From assembly GCA_003568945.1 (NCBI GenBank), contig BDIP01000064.1:1-34793 (forward strand): a stretch of 34,793 nt of DNA, given 5' to 3'. The notes below the pieces were generated by a model, which did no database searches, had not been told where the DNA came from, and worked only from the letters and a program-made list of their open reading frames with translations. Positions 1-11,230 of this stretch are shown here, one piece after another. Within the stretch, counting starts at the first letter, position 1. Each line of letters begins with the position of its first letter. Origin of the DNA: Kipferlia bialata. Its lineage: Eukaryota. Made by a program: the position numbers and the translations under genes.

Positions 1-49
<49 letters not shown>
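1..49. repeat. Poly-G tract (poly-C on the transcribed minus strand, intronic)
   Basis: 49 consecutive G at the window start. Confidence 0.95.
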
Positions 50-50
<1 letters not shown>

Positions 51-111
51 TATACGTATTGGGCATAACCTATACACACATACATATATATATATCGACA
101 ACACTCCCCAC

Positions 112-3100
112 CTTGAGCTCTGTGGCGTCACTCGACTGTACATTGAGTCTCTCCTGTGCGTCCTTCAGAGCAAGGATCTCCTGGGGTCAGACAGGGAGCA
201 GAGGCATTGATCAGTGTGTATCTACCCGTATACACACACCGCCATATCATAACGCCTTAGTCGTGCAACTGCATGGTATATATAAAGTATATCCAAGTAT
301 ACGGTGTGCAGTCATGAAACACAAACATACCTAGAATGGCAGACCTTGGTGCCTGTCTCAATATACATTGTATTATACACAGAATATACAAGCATGTATA
401 GATGCGTCCGAGACATGCCAAACTCACATTCACATAACCAGTAGATACATGGTAATGTATAGCCACCCCCTCTCTGACCGAGTGTCTCTACAGTATGAGT
501 ATCAGTACATACACGTATCCACACACACTGCACCTGTCTGACCGTGTCTCTCTGCTGCTGCGCCTTGGCCAGCGCCTCCTTGGATGCCTGGGCCTCCCGG
601 TCAATCTCCTCGAGGGCCCTCTTGTGGCTCTCCTCCGTGTCCACCATGGCCTCCTCTCTCTGCTTCAGACGGCGCTGGGGGTGAGGTTCATGAGAGACTG
701 TGAGAGGCATAGGTACCGATAACACTGATGTGATTCAGTTGAACACAATACCCCCATTCTTCCCCCCCCTCCCCCCTACACTACACATCCCCCACCTCTC
801 TGTTTGCTATACTGTGCTTCAGCTCCTCTGTCTCGTCTATCAGGGTACGGAGCTCGGCCTGAACATCAACTGAGTCTCATGTTACATGAACACGAACACG
901 AGACACAATATGAACTCTGACACACAGTCACAGACGCATACACACACAGAGAGAAGAGTACATAATGCAACCCCGAATAGCTAGTACACAGCAGACCCCT
1001 CACCTCTCTCCTGCCAACCCCAGAGGCTGCATTCTTGGACAGCTGAATAGAGCGCACAAGATCCTCCTGGGGGTGAGGCCGAGGGGGGGGGGGGGTGAAG
1101 AACATGTATCAATAAGGTTGTCTGTGGGATTGATATCACTCGTCTGCAAATACACATATATTAATACCTGCAGAGTGTGACTGGCCCCAATTCTGGCATT
1201 GAGGTCTCCCTCTCTCCTAGGGTGAGAGAGAGATAACCCGACAGTGACACACCAGGCAGATGCATACAACAGTAGTGACATGAACACAATCTCCAATCAG
1301 TCTAAACTCAATAGTGGTTATGATACTGATACTGATACTGACTCAGAGGACACATGAATATATATATATATCTGTGAATGTATATATATGTATGATGTTC
1401 CATCATAAATGCATACAACACGGTAGTACCTGCTGAGGTTCGCCAGCCGTGTAGAGAGGTCCCGCTGGTTCCCGGCCACCGTCATCTCTCTCTCTCTGGC
1501 CCTCTCACACATGTACTCCAGCTTGAGCTTCTCATTCTCCGCAGCCTGCAGAGTGAGTGGGTATCCGCGGGAGAGTAGGTATATGGAGTGGGGTAAATTG
1601 AAAATTACAACCTGTTGAGTCGGATCAATCTTGTAAGCAATGTATATGTATTGAAACACGTACAGTGCGCATCCACTACACAGCGCTATACCTTGAGATC
1701 GTTCTTGAGCTTGGCGGACTCCTTCCTGGCGTCCTGTGCGTGCCTGATCTCCTCCTCCTTCTCGGCCTTGAGTCTGGACACCAGGTGCCGCAGGGAGTCG
1801 CACTCGGCCTGGCACGTCAGACAGCCAAGACGGGAACGGAAAGAGAGAGAAATAACATGTACTACACCATAGGGGGTCAAGGCTGAAGTCCTGTATCATT
1901 AAACGTCCACGGGTGGGTGGGATATATATACACACAAATTGTATATCTATGGTGCTGATGTGGCTGCACCTGCATGCGTGTCTGCTCCTCCCTGGCATGC
2001 ACCACCTCGGCATGGGCAGAGTGGTGCCGGGCATGCATCTACGGTGGGTGGGGGATACAATGATAGGTGGGTATACCTATACATCAACACCCTCTGTAAC
2101 TCCACTGGAGTATGTGCCCATGTGCACATAATACATATATGTGAATGCACCTGTTCCTTCTCGTCAGTGAGACGCCTTAACCGGTCGGTCAGAGCAGCCA
2201 CTGGAATCAGTCTGACTGAATAGTAATGAAGAGGAACTTGAACACCTCGCTCCAGCTATACACACTCAATTAATCTCAAACCTATTCTTGGGTGCCCTTC
2301 TCTCCCTTCCAGCCACCCATACACACGTATATGTATATAGAAACCCCCACCTGTGCCCCTGTGCTCTGTGAGGCGCTGCTGGATGTCGCTCCAGGTCTCG
2401 TCTGTCTGACACCCCACCTGGGGCCCCTCCTTGCCCTGCCTGAGGGCATCGGCCAGGGAGGTGGCCCTGGACACATGAGACAGGGGGAGGGGGGGAGGAA
2501 GAGAGAGAGACGTGTTTTAGAACAATGGCACACTCGATACTGCTATGGAGCTCGTCTCTACACTCATGTGTATACATGTATACATAGATCTAGACAGACA
2601 CATATACACCCATGATTATACACACCTTGTGGTCAGAGTCTGTAGCTCCTGTCGGCTGGTTCTGGACACAACTGTCAGTTCCTGGGTCAGAGATACATCC
2701 AAAAGACAGATATATCACACATCTCCATTGACACGGGAGCACTCAGGCCAAACACCCATCATGCACAAGTATGTGTGTAATTGTAACCGTAATGCACTAG
2801 CCCCCACCTGTCTGGCCCTGGCGCTGTCCCTCTCGGCATCGTTCAGCTGGAGACGCAGAGCTGCAACGTGTTGACGCATCTCCAGTGCAGCTGCCTCCAG
2901 CTGCTCCTGGTGTCAGAGAGAGAGAGAGAGAGAGAGGGAGGGAGGGAGAGAGACCAAGAGATAGAGAGAGGGAGAGGCAAGAGTCCAAAGAGGGGTCAGA
3001 GTCTCAGAAGGGGACTTGGGCAGACCAATCACAACCAATAGACTATCGGTGCACACCACCATATACATATACATATGAATGAATGTATAGTCCCAGCCCC

Positions 3101-3187
3101 CGTGCCTGGTCTCTGAGCTGATCCTCCAGCTCATTCATACTGGCCATCAGTTCAGACACCCTGGTCTGGGCAACAGCGGCAGCCAGC
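112..3187 (-). CDS. Multi-exon coiled-coil protein, partial at both ends (13 exons, 363 codons visible)
   Basis: Exons in transcript order: 3106-3187, 2808-2906, 2626-2681, 2351-2466, 2151-2200, 1970-2038, 1692-1808, 1430-1545, 1168-1216, 1004-1066, 796-858, 534-674, 112-180. All splice phases match with no stop. Translation is E/R/Q/L/A-rich and heptad-like (LAAAVAQTRVSELMASMNELEDQLRDQ...AECDSLRHLVSRLKAEKEEEIRHAQDARKESAKLKNDLK...EILALKDAQERLNVQSSDATELK). Family not recognised. Confidence 0.88.
2907..3105 (-). other. GC-AG intron in the coiled-coil gene
   Basis: Minus strand GAC CAG|gcacgg ... ctgacaccag|GAG CAG. This donor gives the phase-0 join. Reading on runs into ATAC-type intronic sequence and a stop. 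Confidence 0.7.
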
Positions 3188-3205
3188 CTGGGGTCAGTAG
3201 GGAGA

Positions 3206-3247
3206 GGGGGGGGGGGGGGGGGGGGGGGGGGGGAGGGGGGGGGGGGG
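3206..3247. repeat. Poly-G tract between the two genes
   Basis: About 40 G with a single A interruption, just upstream (minus strand) of the branch/acceptor at 3188-3198. Confidence 0.95.
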
Positions 3248-3295
3248 CAGGGTCTCAGTCTAGAATGTATGTTAGTCTGTGTATTTATTGTATAG

Positions 3296-3330
3296 GAGCG
3301 ACGCCTCATGTCTAATCTCCCAATCCCTGG
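3296..3330 (+). CDS. Tentative upstream exon of the BLTP1-like gene (SDASCLISQSLG)
   Basis: tatag|G AGC GAC GCC TCA TGT CTA ATC TCC CAA TCC CTG G|gtattg. The phase-1 donor matches the phase-1 acceptor at 3980, giving LISQSLGRGLSILLN. The branch motif is weak. Confidence 0.5.
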
Positions 3331-3439
3331 GTATTGTCCATGTATGTATTTATATACAACCCCCACACTCTACTGAGTCCAAACTAGGATAATACGTCTC
3401 TCACACTTATTATCTCTCCCCGTCAGGCCTATCACCTCC

Positions 3440-3924
3440 CTCTCTCACCCCCTAGGCAGATACCCCATCTATTAGTTGGAACACCCTCTCTCAGAGAGTC
3501 CACCCTACTCCACATACTCCCTCCCCCCCCTCTCCCTCACCTCTCTTAGTCTCTCATCTATATCACCTCTCTCACCCACTAGGCAGGTGTCTGTCCATTA
3601 TGTTTAACATCCCTTCTCTCTCTTCCCCATCTCCCTTGCCTCTCTATTATCTCTCTCATCTATATCATCTCTTACCCTCTAGGCCGGGGTATGTCCATCC
3701 TGTTGAACATCATCTCTCTCTCTCTCACACACACACACACACCTCTCTCTCTCCTGTCTTTCTCTCATGTATCTCTCACCCCCTAGGCAGGGGTCTGTCC
3801 ATTCTGTTAAACAGCATACTCTCTCTCTCTCTCTCTATAAGTATATATTTCCCTCTCTCTTTCACTTATCTCTCACCCCCTATGCCGGGGCCTGTCCATT
3901 CTGTTGAACAGCATGTCCAAGGGA
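3440..3924 (+). repeat. Five tandem ~100-bp copies of acceptor + 5' part of exon 3980-4066
   Basis: Exon-start copies at 3456, 3583, 3683, 3787 and 3884, each after a ctcaccc/cttaccc..tag-like motif and separated by (CT)n tracts. Confidence 0.9.
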
Positions 3925-3979
3925 TACTCTCTCTCTCTCTCTCTATGTATATATATCTCATATATATCTAACCTTCTAG

Positions 3980-6900
3980 GCAGAGGTCTGTCCATTCTGT
4001 TGAACAGCATGTCCAAGGGAGATGCCCTGTTCAGAATTGGATATTGCAACGTATCACCTTTGACAGGTATATATATATATATATATATATAGTATATGTA
4101 TAAATAAATATTTGTATTGTATTCAAGGGACATGCCCTGTTCAGGATAGGGTACTGCAATGTGTCACCCCTGACACGTATGTATCTATCTGTCTATATAT
4201 TTATATTAGTTTACGTAATAGTAACAAGTATATTTATGTAGTAGTACGTGGGTGTACATTTACACTCAGGACGTGTCATGGTTAGGCAGTTTGAGTACAC
4301 CACGGCCTCTGCCAATATCCACATGTCCACACTGAGACTGGAGTTCAAGTACTGGGCACCCAGTGCTACGCAACAGGTATGTATACATATAGATGTGTTA
4401 TTATATTAGATATTTTATGTTGTGTATTTATATGTACCATCGGCATATATATATATATATATCTAATCCTCAGGCCATCTCAGCCCACATTGCCAAGACC
4501 AGTGGGCCACACGGGTTCAGGTACTCTTTTGTACAGTATATTGGTACTATTGTGAATGAGTGTGTTCACCCTTGTCACCCCTCTCACACCCTGCATGTTT
4601 CTGTCTAAGCTCCACCTGCAGAATCTGTGTATATATACATTGATATTCATTACATACAATGTAATATACGCATTGTTAATGCATAGTGCATACTATGCAT
4701 TCTATACTCACCCCAGCATGTTTCTGTCCAAGCTCCACCTGCAGATTGTGGGCCTGGACGTCCATTGTTACAACAACAAGAGTGCATACGAGTACCTAGG
4801 TAATTATCCATCATATCCCCACTTCTGTGCGCACACTGCTGCAACTGAATATACATCGTTGCCATATTATATATATTATTATATGTTTACTATTGTATTC
4901 ATAATACATTCCATTGTTACAACAACAAGAGCGCATACGAGTATCTAGGTAACCACTCCTTTCACATCTCTCTCTAGTATGTGTAACTGTTATAATGCAT
5001 AGACCCCCCCCCCTCCTTCCTCCTCTATCTTCCAACCCTCAGAGACTACCATAATATCTCTTATATCAGTGTCAATTAATTTCAATATCTCCTATTTATG
5101 ATACTGACTCACCCTCAGAGACATTGCAGTGCCACATCACAGACCAGGAGGCACCCACAACTAAGGTAGAGTGTAATATAGAAGAATACAATAGTATAAG
5201 TAGAGTATATATATATATATATTATAGTATGTACCTCTACATATATCACAGCCCAGGAGGCACCCACAACTAAGGTACATGCATTGTCACCTGATGAGCT
5301 CTGCCAAGTCGACTACACCTAATGTGTCCTCTCTTTTGAGATCTCGATGTGATGAATATTATCAGCGTGCATACTATTCATATCTCTCCAACCCCAGGTC
5401 CCTCCCCCTGTCATCAAGGGAGAGATGCCATCCCTCCTGTCACTCCTGGGCAGTGTCTCTTTCGATATCGCTAGGTGTGTAAGTATGTGTATACAATTCA
5501 CACATGTACATATATATGCATTCTCTATCCCTTTCCCCTCCCTGCTAACGGCCTTTAGTACTATCCAGTATACCGTATATGCCTAACCCCCCTCCCCCCC
5601 ACCCGCCCCGTGTGTTCCAACTCCTCTCTGCTAGTATCCTTCAGCACTATCCAGTAGTATATACCCCCCCCCCCTCTGCTAACCCCCTCAGTATCCGCAT
5701 GGTGTGTTCCAACCCCTCTCTCCTAGTAGCACTGAGGATAACAGCCCAGACCATGAAGGGACACCACATATTCACAGAGGACACTAGGAGTCATGATGAC
5801 GTGTACAGGTATTGATATCTATTCATATTAGTTGTAGTATACGCTATGATGTAGTATATACCACATACTAACAGAGGACACACGGAGTCACGATGTTGTG
5901 TACAGGTGTGGTTATCTACATTAACGATGTATAGTATTCTGTATCCGATGCAGACTCAGCGCTGTCCAGATATAGAGATACTACTCTCTTGTGTATAGTA
6001 TATTTGCCATGCTAACACCAGTAATGTATCAGACCTCATGCTGACCGAGTGCTGTGCTGATATGATGGAGAACTGCTACCACGACCCCTTGTTCAAGGGC
6101 AGAGTGATGCAGAAGAAGAGAAGCAAGGTATGCATTATTGTATATAGTCTATACCATGTATATATATGATATATGTATGTATGTATATATACACATATTA
6201 CCTCTGTTCAAGGGAAGAGTGATGCAGAAGAAGAGGAGTAAGGTGTGTACTGGATTGTCAGAGTTACGAGTTGTTGCCTCTCTCCCCCCCCCCCTCGTCC
6301 CTTCTTCCTCTTCTACCCCTACCTCTGACACTCTCCTTTTGTTCAGCACAATTTCTACTGCGTAGTATACAACGCATAGTATTGTTTCCTTCTCTCCTTT
6401 GATAATCTATGCTGTACATTGTATGTGTCTCACTCCAGCGCTCTGCCTTTGTTCAGCCCACACACTATATATTACACTACTTATAGTGGATACTATATAT
6501 ATTCTATGCTGTACATTGTAAGTGTCTCACTCCAGCGCTCTGCCTTTGTCCAGCCCAACTACTGTACTATGTTTCCACATATATATGTCATGAGATTATG
6601 TGAATGCGATACAACTCTCACTCCAGCGCTCTGCCTTTGTCCAGCCCAATGTGCCAATCAGGGCAATGTCGGCATCCAATATGCAGGTATGGGTGGAATG
6701 TATACAACTATATATAGTATCAGTATATTGAATTTGTACTTAGATATCAATCTTATTACATATCAATTGTAATATATGACTATAAGTTCAAGCATCTATT
6801 ACTCACCCTCTATACTCTTCAATTGTACTTACCCCCTTGGGCCAAAGACATGGGAGTATATGTTGCAGTATCTCTCTATATATATCTCTCTTTCTCTATA

Positions 6901-8922
6901 TATATAGATGTTACTGACCCAAGGCCAGGGGCAAGGGTGTCTCCAGGAGGCAGAGAGGGGGCAGGGCAGACAGAGACGTGCTACTGCCACCCACCAGAAG
7001 GTACTTAAGTATTGTATGTATACATATATATATATATGTGTGTGTGCATAACATATGTACACATATGCACTATGTATACATACCGTAACCCCAGGGGCTC
7101 TGTGACCAGGCTGGGTACCACCTATATATATACTATTTGTATGTGGAATATACAGTGTATATCCATTCACCCCAGGGGCTCTGTGACCAGGCTGGGCCCC
7201 CAGTCCAAGCACAAGTCCAGGAGGAGAAGTGGCATCAGATTCGATCAGGTGAGGAACAGATGTATGTATTTCTATCTTAGTTTCTAATCTATAACCCACG
7301 GACCATGAACCACATGTTCCAACAGATTCTTGTGGAATCATGGTATATGTTTGTTGTATTAGTTCTCTTTGGTTCTACCTACTGATGAGTATTGTATTCC
7401 TTACCCCCTAGGCCATGAACCACCGTCTGCAACATATGTCTGTTGTGTATGTGTTATATATTGCATTCCTTACCCCTTAGGCCATGAACCACCGTCTATT
7501 TCTTGAATCCATAATTTGTTAAGTATAAGTGTTTATTATTGGTCTCTTATTCCAAGATGAAGGTAGAATGTATAGCCCTTACCCCTTAGGCCATGAACCA
7601 CCGTCTGCAACAGGCCCTGAATGAGGCAGAGGAGGAAGACCACGCTGACATACTGGGTCTGGAGTGCGATGCACAGGTATTGATTGAAATGATGAATACT
7701 ATTATACTAGTATATTATTGTATATATACCATTACTGTTCATAATGTATGTGGGTGCTCTGGAGTGTGATGCACAGGTACTGGGTATATACGAGAAGGGC
7801 CCCGTGCATTAGTATACAACCATCTATCTATCTATATTCATCTCACCCCAGGCCGAGAAGGGCCCTGCCACAGTGTCTGAGATACCCTACGACCTACTGG
7901 TCAATGGAAGTCAGAGGCCAGCGAGGTATGTGTGCTATATACCCCCCCCTCCCCCCCTTACCATATATATGGGTTCCTAGTATATCCTGTATGTACCCTC
8001 CTCACCCTAGGATCCGTCTGGCCTATGCACCAGCTCTGAGGATCAAGCACATCAAGGACAGCCCAGGTATTCTAATCCATACACTAATTGTATTATTGAT
8101 GATGATATTCATCATACGTATACATATGTATATACTCCCCGGAGGATCAAACATATCAAGGAGAGCCCTGGTATGAGTATGTGAATGACATATTATAATA
8201 CGTATATATACACATACATACCCCCCACACCAGGCATATGCCCCCAGTCTCCCTCCCTCCCTCTTTCTTCGTCTCCCTATATATATCCATTCTCCACTCT
8301 ATACCCGTATCATAGCCTATTATCCTTAGGGATGTGCCTTTGTCCCCCCCCCCTCTCAATCTATATGTATTTCTCATTCTTAGGCATGTGCCCCCGGTCT
8401 AACCCATCTTTCTATCTTTCTCTCTTTCCATTATAATACTATCTCTATCTATCTCTATGTATTTCTCATCCTTAGGCATGTGCCCCCGGTCTGCCCCCAC
8501 CAAGCCAGGCCAGGGGAATAGCCCATCCGTTAAGGTATTTCATGACTGAGCCCTCCACAATATCCCTCTCTCCATATCCCCCACTCTGTCTCCCTATGTT
8601 TATATTCTTACACTATTACTCCACCCGTGGCATGGCCGAGCCCTCCACCATATCCTCCTTTATATATCATCNNNNNNNNNNNNNNNNNNNNNNNNNNNNN
8701 NNNNNNNNNNNNNNNNNNNNNNNNNNNNNNNNNNNNNNNNNNNNNNNNNNNNNNNNNNCTTACCCAAGTACTCCACACGTGTCATGGCCGAGCCCTCCAC
8801 CATATCCTCCTTTGCCGACCTCACTCTCTCTCTCTATATATATGTCCTTATATGCATATACTCACCATTAGTACTCTTCTAGGGGCATGGCCGAACCTTC
8901 AACCATATCCTCCTTTGCCGAC

Positions 8923-8954
<32 letters not shown>

Positions 8955-9286
8955 GTCCTTATATTCATATTCTCACCCTCAGTATTCTTCCAGAGGCATG
9001 GCCGAGCCCTCCACTATATATCATCTCTCTCTCTCCCTATATATACACTAACCCTCAGTATTCTTCCAGAGGCATGGCCGAACCTTCTACTATATCCTCC
9101 TTTGCCGAGAGGGATGTCAATGTCCCAGTGGCAGCTGATGGCATCAACCCCCCAGACTACAACGATGACAATAGGTGGGTATTGGTTTTGAATATTGCCA
9201 GTCCACATCTGACTGTATATGCACATTATTCTATTTCAACCTCATATTCTGTTACCTGCAGCCCCCTGTGGCCGTGTGACATGACC

Positions 9287-9326
<40 letters not shown>

Positions 9327-11199
9327 CACTATTCTTATCCCTCAGGCCCCTGTGGCTGTGTGACATAGTTATTCTCTCGCTGTCTGTCTCTCTCTAGCAC
9401 TGTTAACCCCAGCCCCCTCTGGCTGTGTGACATGGTCTTCTTCGACTCCCACCTGTGGTACTCACCCACGCACGACAAGGTATACAGAGTAAATATATAT
9501 ATGTTCATAGTAATACCTATATATATATACATATGAAATGTATCAGTCTCTGCCCATAGAGTGCTAGGCTAGGCACTCTCTACTTGTGTTAAGTCATCTA
9601 TCTGACACTCTAGGAGAGAGGCCGCATCCAGCGCTTCTTCTACCCCCCTACCTACCAGCCCAAGGAGATATACGAGCCCACCGACTGTGTCAGAAGGCCA
9701 ACCTGCATGACTACAGGTGGGGATGGCTCTCTCTCTCTCTCTCTCTATCTCTCTGTCTTACAAGCATTCGCTTTGTTTGTTTTTCGCTATTGCCCTTCGT
9801 TCAACGCTGCTTAATTCTCACCCCCCAGTTATGCACTTTGAGAATCTCAAGCCCTACCTCTACCCTGCACCCAAGATGGTTGAGAACCCACTCTCCAAGT
9901 CGGTACGCTATATATATTCTAGGCCATTAAAATGTGTGTTATCAGTATGCTATGCATACAAGATGGTTGAGAACTCACTGTCCAAGTCGGTATGATTTCC
10001 AGTGATATATCAATGAACTCTTCTTTCGAAGGAAGGGTAGTTATAGACATTGATATATATTGCTTGATGTTTTGGGTTCTATTATTATCCCGGTCTACAT
10101 CTCACCACCTAGCAGGCCAAGCCGACTTCCCCTGCCTGCCGCATCACATACTCCTTCCGCAACACAGACCTCGACCTCGATCTACTCAGGGACCACCCTG
10201 TACTCAAGTGGAGGATTAATCACGGGGCAGGTATTACACATATGCATATGCATACACATACAGTATGGTGTTTCATTTGACCTGTGTCTGCATCGTCCTA
10301 AAGTGGAGGATCAACCACGGGGCAGGTATCCTGTATTCATATACCATATGCGTTTCTTTTGACAAACAGTCAAAGAGTATCTCCCTTTCCCTCTCTAACC
10401 CTTAGATGGTGCCCATCTGGACATCCCCCAGTATCAGTATCATTACATATATACCCACTTATTCATTTAGACCCATATCGCTGTGTATCCCTTCATCTAT
10501 CTAACATTCTAGATGGTGCCCATCTGGACATCACCCCAGAGGGAGTGGACCTGGACCCAGCATCAGTCCTCAAGGTATAGTATCATTTCGCTTCTGTCTT
10601 CAGTGTCCAGCTTTTCAATTTCATTGTAATCCCTTTCTTCAGTGTTTTCTTCCTCTCTTACCAGCATCAGTGCTCAAGTTATGTATAGACTGTGTAGTTC
10701 AGTATTGTCGTGGTCAGGACTATCGCATAAGGGCTTCTATTATTGTTGTGGATCTCTTACTCTTAGGAGCTCATCACCAATCCGTTTGGCGAGTTCATGC
10801 AGGACAAGGGGCCCAGGGTGCAGGTAGGGGGTCACGGATCGAATACCACTATGAACGACGGCCAATAGTGTTTAGTGTACAATGACATTAGTTGGGTTTT
10901 CTGACGCTAATTTGATGTGAGTTCAATTACATTCATATAAACTGTCTAACCTTCCAGGAGCCCACTGGTCCTCAACACTATGTATCCGAGGCCCCCTCCT
11001 CCCACATACCCTCTCTCTCTATATATAAGTAGAAACATATATATATATTGTATGTATGACTTATTTGACCTTAGGAACCTACGGGTCCCCAGCACTATGT
11101 CTCCGAGGCCCCCTCCTCCCACATTCCATCCAACGCAGACAGGATGAGGAGGCAGCACAGCCTGATACTGACCATGAGGGTATGTCATATATAGATATG

Positions 11200-11230
<31 letters not shown>

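Noticed and set aside
331..352. Minus-strand micro-exon candidate (cag|GCACCAAGG...TCTAG|gtatgt)
   Set aside because: 22 nt, breaks the phase-0/phase-0 frame and lacks the branch motif; flanking exons join without it.
3440..3990. Regularly spaced repeats as a CRISPR array or minisatellite transposon
   Set aside because: Units are copies of a splice acceptor and exon start in a eukaryotic gene; there are no cas genes, unique spacers or terminal inverted repeats.
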